The notes beneath the pieces are model-generated. The model searched no databases. It was given only the letters and a program-made list of their open reading frames with translations, and was not told where the DNA came from. The position numbers and the translations under genes were made by a program. A stretch of 64,000 nt of DNA. It comes from a virus. Location of the stretch: positions 37,831 through 101,830 of IMG/VR virus record IMGVR_UViG_3300047121_000347, one strand, 5' to 3'. Positions 6,197 through 16,105 of the stretch are shown here, one piece after another. Positions within the stretch are counted from its first letter, which is position 1. Every line of letters starts with the position of its first letter.

Positions 6197-7640
6197 TTCG
6201 GCGCTCCGGGACCTGCTGCAAGACGCAAAGCTGCGCGAAGAGTTCGGCCGGCTACCGCTCGAGCGGCAAGCCGCTTGGGCGTGGCGGGCGCTGTGGCTTT
6301 CGAAGGCGCACCTGCATCAGCTGCTGCCCCAGGGCGAATGGTGGAGCATATGGTTGATGTTGGCGGGCCGGGGCGCGGGCAAGACCCGCACCGCCGCCGA
6401 GCAGGTGGGGTGGTGGGCGTGGAGCTACCCCCGGACGCGATGGCTAGTGGCGGCGCCAACCTCCTCGGACGTGCGTGGCACCTGCTTTGAGGGCGACTCG
6501 GGACTGCTCACCGTGATTCCGCAGGTGCTCATCAGCGAGTACAACAAAGCACTGCACGAGTTGAAGCTGACCAACGGCTCGCTGATAAAAGGCATTCCGG
6601 CCTCGGAGCCCGAGCGGTTCCGGGGGCCGCAGTTTCACGGTGGATGGTGCGACGAGCTAGCGGCGTGGGAGTACCTGCAGGAGGCGTGGGACCAGATTCA
6701 GTTCGGTGTGCGCCTCAAGCTGCCCGACATGAAGTCCCGCCTGCTCATCACCACGACCCCCAAACCCCGCGACCTGATTGTTGACCTCATCAGCCGGGAA
6801 GGCACCGACGTCACCCTAACCACGGCGAGCACGTACGCGAACGTGGATAACCTGAGTGACAACTTCAAAGCGCAGATCCTGGCGTATGAGGGTACCAACC
6901 TCGGCCGGCAAGAGATCCACGCCGAAGTGATTGACCCGGAAGAAGGGGGTATAGTCAAGCGGGATTGGTTCAAGCTCTGGCCAGCGGAGAGAGAGCTCCC
7001 GAAGCTGGAGTTCATCGTTCAGTCGTACGACTGCGCGTATACGGAGAAGACGCACAACGACCCCACGGCGTCGATCACCTTCGGAGTGTTCAAGCCGCAA
7101 GACGGCCCGATGGGCGTGTTGGTCATCGACGCGTGGCAGGATCACCTGCAGTACCCCGACTTGAAACCCAAAGTCATCGACGAGTACGACATTGTCTTCG
7201 GCGAGGGGCGCAATCTGAAGAAGGTCGACCTCGTGCTCGTTGAGGACAAAGCGGCGGGCATCGTGCTCATTCAAGACCTGCAGCGTGCGCATGTGCCGGT
7301 GCGGGCGTACAACCCCGGCAAGGCCGATAAGATCCAGCGCCTGAGCATAGTTGCCAACATCGTCCGCGCTGGCCGGGTCTACATCCCGGAGTCTAGCGCT
7401 CGGACGGGCTACGTCCGTGACTGGGCCGAGGGCATGATCACGCAGATCTGTAGCTTCCCCAACGCCACGCACGATGACTTTGTGGATGCTTTCAGCCAGG
7501 CGCTGCGGTACATGCGCGATGCGGGTTGGCTCAACATTGACCCCGCGCCGCGTGATGACTACGACCCCGAGGATTACATTGACGCCCTCAATGACTCGGA
7601 CGACTACACCGGACCCAAGGTGAACCCCTATGCCGCCTAG
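6168..7640 (+). CDS. terL: Terminase large subunit
   Basis: AGRGAGKT Walker A, RFRGPQ, WCDE Walker B, SYD...DPTA, FPNATHDDFVDA nuclease motifs. Start may be GTG 6183. Confidence 0.95.
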   Translation: MRAAVVGAADSALRDLLQDAKLREEFGRLPLERQAAWAWRALWLSKAHLHQLLPQGEWWSIWLMLAGRGAGKTRTAAEQVGWWAWSYPRTRWLVAAPTSSDVRGTCFEGDSGLLTVIPQVLISEYNKALHELKLTNGSLIKGIPASEPERFRGPQFHGGWCDELAAWEYLQEAWDQIQFGVRLKLPDMKSRLLITTTPKPRDLIVDLISREGTDVTLTTASTYANVDNLSDNFKAQILAYEGTNLGRQEIHAEVIDPEEGGIVKRDWFKLWPAERELPKLEFIVQSYDCAYTEKTHNDPTASITFGVFKPQDGPMGVLVIDAWQDHLQYPDLKPKVIDEYDIVFGEGRNLKKVDLVLVEDKAAGIVLIQDLQRAHVPVRAYNPGKADKIQRLSIVANIVRAGRVYIPESSARTGYVRDWAEGMITQICSFPNATHDDFVDAFSQALRYMRDAGWLNIDPAPRDDYDPEDYIDALNDSDDYTGPKVNPYAA

Positions 7641-10566
7641 CCTAATGCCCCCCAGCCCCGAGGAACTCGAAGAGCTCCGCGCTCAACGCCGCTTAAAGCT
7701 ACCTCCGGGGGTTCAACGCGCTACTGCGGCCGCCCCAACTCGGGGTAGCGTGGCCCCTGTGCCCGGAATCCGCTACCCGGCTGAGTTCATCGGCGGGTTT
7801 GCGGGCGCTAACCAGCGCCGCAGCGTCATGGAGCCCGACGCCGAAGGTCTTGAAAGCGCCTACCGCGCCGGGGAGGCCACCAGCGTGCTCGGTGATTTGT
7901 TTGGCTCGTTGACCCCGTTCGCGACCGCCTCAACGCTGTCCCGTGTGGGGGCGCTACCCGGCGCGGCGGTCATCAAACCCAAAGGCGGCAACTGGCTTGC
8001 CGGGTCGTTCTCGGCTGAGCGGGCGCTCGAGCCGTTGAGGAAACCCATGCCTTCCCGCGCCACTGACGCCTTCGGCAATGAGGTTCCTAACCCGCTGGCC
8101 AACTCGCCGATGTACACGGAAAACGCCGCCCTCAACAAGTGGATTGATACCAAGCTCACCAAGTACGTCAAGAACGAAATGGCTACCCCCGAGGACCCCG
8201 TCCGGGCACTCGCTGAGCGGGGCACGCTGCACTTTGAGCCGCAAGATGCCCCAAGGCCTATGGGGTTTGAGAGGGAGGGCCGGACGCTACGTGAAAACCG
8301 AGAGGCCAGCGGCTATCCTATTGAGGGTCTAGGTAAATCCAACCTCGCCAAGGACTGGGAGGCTCTCGCTGATATAAACATACAGCCCGATAAAGCTGAG
8401 GTGTTTCAGTCGATGCAGTTGGTTGAAGCAAACCCTTGGCTAGCGAAAGTGTCGCCTGATACGCCGGTGTACGGTATGAATCTGAGCACCGATATGTCTA
8501 AGCTCGGCTTCCCGCACATCATCGACGAGCTAACCAACGCCATGAACCCCAACTCGGGGCTGCCGGCGTCGTTGCGGCTGACCCCGCAGCAGCTTGAGAA
8601 GATCACGGTGCCGCAGGCCGTCGAGCGGGTCGCAAAGATCAACGAGTGGCGGGCGGCGCAAAAGGTCGAGGCCGACGCCCTCAAGGCGCGCAACCCCGCC
8701 ACGTTCGAGCACCGCGCCTATGAGACCGTTCCGGGCACCACCGAGCCCAACGAGAAAGGCCTGCGTTGGGTAGAGTTGAAAGCCTCCACAGAGCCCGTCG
8801 ACGTGAGTAGCATGCTGATTCAAAACGCCGGCAAGTACTCAATCCTTGAGCCGGGGCAGAAACTATCCTGGAAAGACCCTAAGACCGGGCGCGTGCTGTT
8901 TGACACACCCGAGAAAGCCGCCAAGGCTTACACCGAGCACAAGCATTACGCCTCACTCGAGGACGCCCTCAAGTACGAGGGCGACGTCATGGGGCACTGC
9001 GTCGGGGGCTACTGTCCGGACGTCATCGAGGGGCGCAGCCGCATTTACAGCCTGCGCGACAAGAAGGGCGAACCCCACGTAACGATTGAGGTCGCGCCTC
9101 ACAATCCGAATCTTGAGTCTGTTTACGCGAAACAGAACCTCCCTGAGCTTTACGCAAAGTACAGCGCAGATCGAAATAAGTATTCTAACAGTTGGCCTGA
9201 ATTTCTTAAAACAGAAGCGCCAGAACTTTTAAACGCAACGGAAAACAAAATCATCCAAATCAAAGGCAAGGCCAACCGAGCCCCCAAGGACGAGTATCTG
9301 CCCTTTGTGCAGGACTTCGTGCGTTCGGGGCGGTGGTCGAGTGTCGGGGACTTAGGTAACACCGGGCTGATCCGTATCAACCCCGACAGCGACCTAGGTA
9401 TGAACCTTCGAGCCGCGAATGTAACCGCGCCCGAGTTCGTCACGCAACGCCAACTCAGCGATCTCTTAGACAAATACGGCAGGACAAACCTACCGCCTAG
9501 TAGCCCAGAAGGCTACGCCGCCGGTGGCGCGGTGCGCATGAACGAGGGCGGCAAACCCCCTAAGCGTCGGGCGTCAGACCTGCCCGGTTACGGCGAGGGC
9601 TCCGCCGGAGCGTTGAGCGACGTGGTGCGCGGGTTCATGGGCGAGAAACCCGCCGAACCCACCAACCCCAGCGAGCTGTTCCGACTGGCGCAAGCCCTCG
9701 GGGCGTTTCCGCCGGTGGCGGGCGCAGTCGGGGCCGTGAAGCGTCCCGCCGGGGCAGCGGCTGCGTTGCGCGAGCTGTTGAAAACCGAAGCCCCCGCGCA
9801 GTCCGCCGCCGCTCGGGAGGCGCTCCGTCGTGCATACCGCACCGGCCACGAGCACTCCGTCGTGGGGCTGACCGAAGCCGGCGTCCCAGGCGAAGTTGTT
9901 ACCTCGGGCAACCGCACGCGAGTCATCCCCAGTGCGGCGGACGTCAGCCGAGCGGTCAGCGACCCGCAGCGTCGCGCGATTGTAGACTTCCACACTCACC
10001 CGAGCGACGTCAGCGGGCTGCGGGTTTCGCCCAGCGCGGATGACGTGGCGTTTTACGCCGACTACGAGCGGGGTGCGTGGCCCCGGACGTTGAAGACTTT
10101 CATCGCCTCGCCCCCCTCAACCGGAGGTGGCCGAGCCTCCACGGCGTACAGCTTCTTTGAGACCGACGTGCCGCGTCGCGTTTACGACAAAGATCTTTTT
10201 GAAAAAGCCGAACTGGAGCTGCAAAACGCGGGCCGACTCGGCCGGTTTGACCGCGTGCGGCGCGACCCGGCGTTTGCGGCGGCGTTTGAGTCCGGTGCGG
10301 TGGACCTGCAAGACCTGCTCGGTGAGGCGGCCCCGTTGTTGCTGCTCGAACGGCGAGCCGCTCAGGGCGCGGGTCGGCAGCGGTTGGACCTGGGCGCTAA
10401 CGCCGTAGCCCCCAACGCTGAGCTGCGTGACTTTTACGAGATGATTCGCGAGCCCGCTCAAGAGTTCCTGAAAAAGAACAAGCTCAAAAAGGGCGGTGCG
10501 GTTAAAATTGAAACTAATCCCACGCTCATGGCCGATGAGCTGTTGTTCAAGGGCTACAGGCGCTGA
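7630..10566 (+). CDS. Multidomain protein: PcfJ-like domain plus C-terminal JAB/MPN-like domain; probably virion-packaged
   Basis: EGDVMGHCVGGY..IYSLRD..PHVTIEV..QIKGKAN (PcfJ-like); EH...DFHTHPS..PSADD (JAMM-like); YAAGG, MNEGG and LKKGG linkers. Confidence 0.65.
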   Translation: MPPSLMPPSPEELEELRAQRRLKLPPGVQRATAAAPTRGSVAPVPGIRYPAEFIGGFAGANQRRSVMEPDAEGLESAYRAGEATSVLGDLFGSLTPFATASTLSRVGALPGAAVIKPKGGNWLAGSFSAERALEPLRKPMPSRATDAFGNEVPNPLANSPMYTENAALNKWIDTKLTKYVKNEMATPEDPVRALAERGTLHFEPQDAPRPMGFEREGRTLRENREASGYPIEGLGKSNLAKDWEALADINIQPDKAEVFQSMQLVEANPWLAKVSPDTPVYGMNLSTDMSKLGFPHIIDELTNAMNPNSGLPASLRLTPQQLEKITVPQAVERVAKINEWRAAQKVEADALKARNPATFEHRAYETVPGTTEPNEKGLRWVELKASTEPVDVSSMLIQNAGKYSILEPGQKLSWKDPKTGRVLFDTPEKAAKAYTEHKHYASLEDALKYEGDVMGHCVGGYCPDVIEGRSRIYSLRDKKGEPHVTIEVAPHNPNLESVYAKQNLPELYAKYSADRNKYSNSWPEFLKTEAPELLNATENKIIQIKGKANRAPKDEYLPFVQDFVRSGRWSSVGDLGNTGLIRINPDSDLGMNLRAANVTAPEFVTQRQLSDLLDKYGRTNLPPSSPEGYAAGGAVRMNEGGKPPKRRASDLPGYGEGSAGALSDVVRGFMGEKPAEPTNPSELFRLAQALGAFPPVAGAVGAVKRPAGAAAALRELLKTEAPAQSAAAREALRRAYRTGHEHSVVGLTEAGVPGEVVTSGNRTRVIPSAADVSRAVSDPQRRAIVDFHTHPSDVSGLRVSPSADDVAFYADYERGAWPRTLKTFIASPPSTGGGRASTAYSFFETDVPRRVYDKDLFEKAELELQNAGRLGRFDRVRRDPAFAAAFESGAVDLQDLLGEAAPLLLLERRAAQGAGRQRLDLGANAVAPNAELRDFYEMIREPAQEFLKKNKLKKGGAVKIETNPTLMADELLFKGYRR

Positions 10567-10580
10567 GAGGAACCCGAGCT

Positions 10581-13142
10581 ATGGCTATCGAATTTCCACA
10601 ACCCCAACTTGAAGACGAACTGCCCGCTGGGCCGATGACCGTCGAGTACGAAGAGGAAGAACTCGAGCTGGGTGACGCCGAGCTTGAGGAGCTGCCCGAT
10701 GGGTCGGTGCTCGTCAATCTTGAGCCGGATAGCGGCCCGGAGGAGAACCCCGAGTTCTACGCCAACCTGGCGGAGGTGTTTGATCCGCTCGACCTTGACA
10801 CGCTCGCTAGTCGGTACTTGGAACTCATCAAGAAAGACAAAACGGCGCGGGAAGATCGCGACAAACAGTACGAAGAAGGCCTCAAGCGCACCGGGATGGG
10901 CAAGGACGCCCCCGGCGGTGCGACGTTCATGGGCGCGAGCAAGGTCGTACACCCCGCGATGGCGGAGGCCTGCGTCGACTTTGCCTCCCGAGCCATAAAA
11001 GAGCTATTCCCGCCCGACGGCCCCGTCAAAACTAAGATCCTCGGCCAAAACGATGAGGAGAAAACCCAGCGTGCGGAGCGTAAGCGCGACTGGATGAACT
11101 GGCAACTCACTGAGCAGATTGAAGAGTTCCGCGACGAGCAGGAGCAACTCCTCACTCAGCTGCCCCTGGGCGGGTCGCAGTACCTGAAGCTCTGGTACGA
11201 TGACCGGCAAAAGCGCCCTTGCGCCGAGTTCCTGCCCATCGACAAGGTGTTGATACCCTTTTCGGCCACGAACTTCTACACCGCGCAGCGGGCCACCGAG
11301 ATTCACGACATCAGCGAGTGGGAGTTCAAGCGTCGAATCAGCTCCGGTATGTATCGCGACATCAGTTTGATCCGCGCCACCATGGAGCCCGAGGAAACTA
11401 AGGCCGAAAAGGCCAACAACAAGATCGAAGGCCGCAAGTGGGATGAGAACACCGACGGCGAACGCCGTGTTTTTCACATCTACACCTGGCTCGAGTTTGA
11501 AGATGACCGCGAAAGCGGGGGCGAAATGGCCCCGTATATCCTGATGATTGACGAACTTGAGTCGGAAGTGGTGGGGTTGTACCGGAACTGGGAAGACGGC
11601 GACGAATCGATGACCAAACTGGACTGGGTCATTGAGTACAAGTTCATTCCGTGGCGTGGAGCGTACGCAATCGGGCTGCCGCACCTCATTGGGGGGCTCT
11701 CGGCGGCGTTGACGGGGGCGCTGCGTGCCCTGCTCGACTCGGCGCACATCAACAACGCGCCGGCGATGCTCAAACTGAAGGGCGCAAAGGTGAGCGGGCA
11801 GAGCCAACAGGTCGACATCACGCAGGTTGTTGAGATCGAAGGCGCACCGGGCGTGGACGATATCAAGAAAATCGCAATGCCTATGCCTTTTAACCCCCCG
11901 AGCGCTGTGCTTTTTGAGCTTTTGGGGTGGCTTGACAAGGCCACTAAGGGCGTAGTCACGACGGCGGAGGAAAAGATCGCCGACGTGAGCGCGCAAACCC
12001 CCGTCGGCACTACGCAGGCGCTCATCGAGCAAGGCGCGGCGGTTTTCAGCGCCATTCACGCCCGGCTGCACGATGCGCAAGGCCGACTTTTGAAGGTTCT
12101 GGGGCGGTTGAACCGCTGGTACCTGAGCGACATGCGTAAAGGCGAGGTCGTGGCGGACCTCGAGATTGAGGAAGCTGATTTTCAACGCAATACGGACGTG
12201 GTGCCGGTTTCGGACCCGCATATCTTTAGCGAAACCCAACGCATGGCGCAGATTCAGGCGGTGCTGGCCCGTGCGGACGCCGCGCCGGACCTCTACGACC
12301 GGCGGGCGGTGGAAGAACGGCTGCTGAAACAGCTGAAAATACCCGGCTACAACGAACTGCTCAAGAATACGCCTTCGCCGGACGAACTCAGCGCGGTTGA
12401 TGAGAACGTTGCCATGGCGTTGGGGCAGAACGGCTACGCCTATATGCATCAAGATCACTTGGCGCATATTCAGACGCACTTGGACTTTGCCCTGAACCCG
12501 GCGTTCGGTGGTAACCCCATCATGGCGTCGATTTACCTGCCTCGGGCGCTGGAGCACGTGAAGCAGCACATGATTCTGTGGTACCTGAACCGCTCGCAAG
12601 GGTACGTCACCAAGCTCCGCAACGGTCGCCCCGTGACCGAGGCCGAGTACGAGGACAAAACCCTCACGGCGCAGATCGACAAAGTGTACGCCCTCGTGTC
12701 GCAACACGTCAAGTCCGACGCCGAGCAGGCGTTCGGTAAGATTCTTCCCCTCGTCGGACAGCTGCTTCAGGCGATGCAACAAATGACCCCGCAACCTCAG
12801 TTGCCACCCGAGGCGCAAGTGCTCAAGGAAACCAGCCTGGCGGAAACCCAGCGCCGTGCCCAGCGCGACGCAGCGGAGATGCAGCTCAAAGGAGCCGACA
12901 TGCAACAGCGGGGGCAGATTGACGTGGCGCGGCTTCAAGCCGAGCAACAACGCGCCGCCGAGCGTGATCAGATTGACGTGGCGCTGAACGCCTCGGATAA
13001 CCTGACCCGCGAGCGCATAGAAACCGCACGCCTGACTCAAGAAGACGACAGGCTGCGCACCGAGCAGTACGAGACTGCAATCCGGCTTCAAAACGAAGCC
13101 CAACGTAACCTAGGAGCTGAACGTGGCCCAACCATCCAATAA
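10581..13142 (+). CDS. Portal protein (podovirus type)
   Basis: 853 aa downstream of TerL; GASKVVHP, ELFPPDGPVK, PVGTTQALIEQG, coiled-coil C-terminus. Confidence 0.85.
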   Translation: MAIEFPQPQLEDELPAGPMTVEYEEEELELGDAELEELPDGSVLVNLEPDSGPEENPEFYANLAEVFDPLDLDTLASRYLELIKKDKTAREDRDKQYEEGLKRTGMGKDAPGGATFMGASKVVHPAMAEACVDFASRAIKELFPPDGPVKTKILGQNDEEKTQRAERKRDWMNWQLTEQIEEFRDEQEQLLTQLPLGGSQYLKLWYDDRQKRPCAEFLPIDKVLIPFSATNFYTAQRATEIHDISEWEFKRRISSGMYRDISLIRATMEPEETKAEKANNKIEGRKWDENTDGERRVFHIYTWLEFEDDRESGGEMAPYILMIDELESEVVGLYRNWEDGDESMTKLDWVIEYKFIPWRGAYAIGLPHLIGGLSAALTGALRALLDSAHINNAPAMLKLKGAKVSGQSQQVDITQVVEIEGAPGVDDIKKIAMPMPFNPPSAVLFELLGWLDKATKGVVTTAEEKIADVSAQTPVGTTQALIEQGAAVFSAIHARLHDAQGRLLKVLGRLNRWYLSDMRKGEVVADLEIEEADFQRNTDVVPVSDPHIFSETQRMAQIQAVLARADAAPDLYDRRAVEERLLKQLKIPGYNELLKNTPSPDELSAVDENVAMALGQNGYAYMHQDHLAHIQTHLDFALNPAFGGNPIMASIYLPRALEHVKQHMILWYLNRSQGYVTKLRNGRPVTEAEYEDKTLTAQIDKVYALVSQHVKSDAEQAFGKILPLVGQLLQAMQQMTPQPQLPPEAQVLKETSLAETQRRAQRDAAEMQLKGADMQQRGQIDVARLQAEQQRAAERDQIDVALNASDNLTRERIETARLTQEDDRLRTEQYETAIRLQNEAQRNLGAERGPTIQ

Positions 13143-13290
13143 CCTCAAAGACAACGAAGCCGTCCCCTATCACAAGCGCATCGCCATGGGCGCGGCGCTC
13201 GACGGCACTAGTCTGAAGTCCAAAGGTAGCACCACCCCTCAACCCGCACAAAAAGGAGCCCCCGCCCCGCTAGCACGCAAAAACAAATGA
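13123..13290 (+). CDS. 55-aa basic protein not in the ORF track (VAQPSNNLKDNEAVPYHKRIAMG...)
   Basis: AGGAG RBS, GTG start, stop overlaps the next ATG. Confidence 0.6.
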   Translation: MAQPSNNLKDNEAVPYHKRIAMGAALDGTSLKSKGSTTPQPAQKGAPAPLARKNK

Positions 13291-13478
13291 CCCTAACCCT
13301 GAGCCAACTGATTGGCGCATTCAAGGCACGTCAGGCTGAAATAGGCCATTCCCTAGCGGCGGGCAACGCTGCGACCTGGGAGGCGTACCAGCGCATGGTT
13401 GGCGAACACATGGGGCTGCAAAAAGCCCTTGACATTATTGAGAACTTTATAGAGGAAGAAGATGAACATGATGACTGA
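13287..13478 (+). CDS. Small head-module hypothetical protein
   Basis: 63-aa ORF coupled to both neighbours. Confidence 0.75.
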   Translation: MTLTLSQLIGAFKARQAEIGHSLAAGNAATWEAYQRMVGEHMGLQKALDIIENFIEEEDEHDD

Positions 13479-13902
13479 ACCAGTAGCGTCGCAAGACGCT
13501 GAGATGGCTTGGGCTTTCCCGAGCGTGGATCCTGGTGCGCAGCCGTTAGGTGGACGTATACTGGTGCAACTGCGCCGTAGCCGTAAAAAGACCACCAAAG
13601 CAGGAATCGTACTTGTTGAGGAAACCAAAGAGACCGAAAAGTGGAACACCCAGGTCGCCAAGGTCATCGCCGTGGGGCCGCTCGCCTTTCGGCATCGCGA
13701 CTCGATGAACCCCTGGCCCGAGGGGTCGTGGTGTGGGGTGGGTGACTTTATTCGTGTGCCCAAGTGGGGCGGCGACCGCTGGGAGGTCAAAGTGCCCGGT
13801 GAGGACCACCTTGAGGACCCCGCACTGTTCATGATCGTTAATGATCACGAGGTCATTGCCCGAATCACCACTAACCCCCTCGAGACTAAGGCATTCCTAT
13901 GA
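13462..13902 (+). CDS. groES: GroES/Cpn10-like co-chaperonin
   Basis: QPLGGRILVQ, TKAGIVL mobile loop, AKVIAVGP, VGD. Confidence 0.8.
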   Translation: MNMMTEPVASQDAEMAWAFPSVDPGAQPLGGRILVQLRRSRKKTTKAGIVLVEETKETEKWNTQVAKVIAVGPLAFRHRDSMNPWPEGSWCGVGDFIRVPKWGGDRWEVKVPGEDHLEDPALFMIVNDHEVIARITTNPLETKAFL

Positions 13903-14891
13903 GCACGAGCACCGAAGTAAAAGAACCCGATATCGAGATCACCGAGCAGCCCGACGGTTCAGTCGCGGTGGCGCTGCCGGAAGGTCTCGCTCCACCCTCG
14001 GTTCAAGATGACGATGAGGACGACTCACCGCAAAACAAAGCCGAAGGCGGCCCCGCCGACGACCCGGCTGACGCCGATGCCGACGACGACACCGAGGCGC
14101 TACGCAACGCCAAACGCGAGCGCCGCCGCGCCAAGCGCGAACTAGCCCGCAAAACCAGCGCCGAGAAAGACCAGCGGTTGCAACTGCTGCAGCGACAAAA
14201 CCAAGAGCTAATGGAGCGGCTGAGCGTGGTTGAGCGTAAAACGCACGCCGGCGAAATCGCCAAGCTCGACAAGGCGGTCGAAGACCAAGAGCTGCGGCTC
14301 GAGTACGCCAAGCGCAAGATCGCCGAAGCCACCCGTGCTCAAGACGGCGACGCCCTGGCGCAGGCCCAGGAGCTCTGGTACGAGTCGAGGCAACAGCTCG
14401 AAGCCTTGAAAAACCTCAAAAAGGCCAGCACCACCCCCCGGCAGCAGAACAACCTGCCCGATGCGAGGGTGCAGAAAATGGCCGCCGACTGGATTCGACG
14501 CAACGACTGGTACGACCCCCAGCACCGCAACACCGACTCCCGAATCGTCAAGCAGATAGACGAGGAACTCACCGCCGAGGGCGGTTGGGACCCGGCAACC
14601 GAGGAGTATTGGGAAGAGCTCGACGAGCGGGCAAAAAAGTACTTGCCTCATCGGTATGAATTGAGCTATAATGCTCCGAATCAGCGTTCAAGGCCTCGGA
14701 ATATGCAAACTAGCACCGGTCGCGAATCATCCAACAGTGGCGGCTCCCCCAAGGGGCAGTTCATGCTCGAACCGGATCAGGTACGCGCCATGAAGGATGC
14801 CGGCTTTTGGGACGACCCCGTCAAGCGCAACAGTATGATCAAGCGCTACGCGGCGGAAGCTCGCAAACGTGCTGCTGCAAACCCACGCTAA
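13899..14891 (+). CDS. Putative capsid scaffolding protein
   Basis: Acidic N-terminus, long coiled coil, W..RN.WY; lies between portal and capsid genes. Confidence 0.6.
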   Translation: MSTSTEVKEPDIEITEQPDGSVAVALPEGLAPPSVQDDDEDDSPQNKAEGGPADDPADADADDDTEALRNAKRERRRAKRELARKTSAEKDQRLQLLQRQNQELMERLSVVERKTHAGEIAKLDKAVEDQELRLEYAKRKIAEATRAQDGDALAQAQELWYESRQQLEALKNLKKASTTPRQQNNLPDARVQKMAADWIRRNDWYDPQHRNTDSRIVKQIDEELTAEGGWDPATEEYWEELDERAKKYLPHRYELSYNAPNQRSRPRNMQTSTGRESSNSGGSPKGQFMLEPDQVRAMKDAGFWDDPVKRNSMIKRYAAEARKRAAANPR

Positions 14892-14909
14892 TTCAAAGGA
14901 CGCACACAA

Positions 14910-15458
14910 ATGGATTCAAGACTTAAGAAATCTCTCTCCGCCGGTGGACGCGAAAGCCGCGCAAGCGAAGACCTCGACCGCCTTCCGCCGGAGACTATGT
15001 TCGCCGCCTCACAGGACATCGACAAGATGTGGAGTGACGAGTGGACGCAAACCGCCCTGCCGAACGTGCCCGCCCTGCCGGGTTGGCACATGTGCTGGCT
15101 TTCCACCACCAACAGCTACGACACGATTGACAAGCGAATCCGACTGGGGTACGTTCCGGTGACAGCCGATGAGTTACCTGGGTTTGAGAATTATCGCGTA
15201 AAAGCGGGCGAGCATGTGGGTCACATTTCGTGCAACGAAATGTTGCTGTTCAAGATTCCGACTGAACTCTACCAGCGGGTCATGGCGCATTTCCATTATC
15301 AAAAACCAATGGAAGCAACTCAAGCGATCATGGAACGTATGGAGGAACTTCAGCAGGGCGCTGACAGCTCAGGACACAAACTCCTGAAAACGGAAGGCGA
15401 AGGCTTCGGACGAGTGGCACAATCATCCGTCAACCGACCCCCGGTCTTCGAGGGTTAA
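14910..15458 (+). CDS. Conserved head-module protein
   Basis: PG..W...RLGYVPV...LLFKIP pattern; upstream of capsid genes. Confidence 0.6.
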   Translation: MDSRLKKSLSAGGRESRASEDLDRLPPETMFAASQDIDKMWSDEWTQTALPNVPALPGWHMCWLSTTNSYDTIDKRIRLGYVPVTADELPGFENYRVKAGEHVGHISCNEMLLFKIPTELYQRVMAHFHYQKPMEATQAIMERMEELQQGADSSGHKLLKTEGEGFGRVAQSSVNRPPVFEG

Positions 15459-15476
15459 ATTGGAGTTTACAATATC

Positions 15477-16091
15477 ATGTCTGCAACCTTAGCACCCTTT
15501 GGTTTGCGGCCTGCGTATCACCCCTCGGGGCTCGATCGTGCGCAGGGGCTAGCCAATGTGATTCAGTCGGGGTATGCTCAGAACATCTTGAAGGGTCAGG
15601 CCGTTAAGCTCGACCCCACAACTGGGTATATCGTTCGTGCCGCGAGTGGCGATCCAATCTACGGCGTCTTTGATGGCGTCGAGTGGACCGACACCACGGG
15701 GCGTCGTCGTGTGTCGAACTGCTGGCCCGCCAACACGGGCTATCAGACCGGCTCGCTCATTGCGTATGTGTGGACTGACCCCAAAGTGGTTTACGAAATC
15801 CAAGCCGAAGGCTCGATTGCGCAAACCGCCCTGGGCCAAGAGTACGACATCACCAACCCGTATAACCCGACTTCGGGCGACCCGACGCTGGTGGGTCTGT
15901 CTCAGGCCACTATGGGCACTACGGCGGCCGCCTCCAACGCCACCAAGACCCTGCGCGTGGTCGATCTGGCTCCGTATCCGGGCAATGCATGGGGTGATTC
16001 GTACACGATCGTTCGTGTGCAGATTGCCGAGTTCCAGTACGCTGGTATTTACGAAGGTGCGGCGGTGGCTTACCCCGTTACCGTAGCTTAA
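15477..16091 (+). CDS. Capsid cement/auxiliary protein
   Basis: APFGLRP N-terminus, GVFDG, DP..VYEIQA; immediately upstream of the MCP. Confidence 0.6.
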   Translation: MSATLAPFGLRPAYHPSGLDRAQGLANVIQSGYAQNILKGQAVKLDPTTGYIVRAASGDPIYGVFDGVEWTDTTGRRRVSNCWPANTGYQTGSLIAYVWTDPKVVYEIQAEGSIAQTALGQEYDITNPYNPTSGDPTLVGLSQATMGTTAAASNATKTLRVVDLAPYPGNAWGDSYTIVRVQIAEFQYAGIYEGAAVAYPVTVA

Positions 16092-16105
16092 AGGAGGGCT
16101 AACAA

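Noticed and set aside
11004-13103. 699-aa antisense ORF (also 24984-26135, 58149-59078, 44730-45386, 46367-47098)
   Set aside because: Antisense shadows of clear genes, expected from codon bias; no motifs or RBS.
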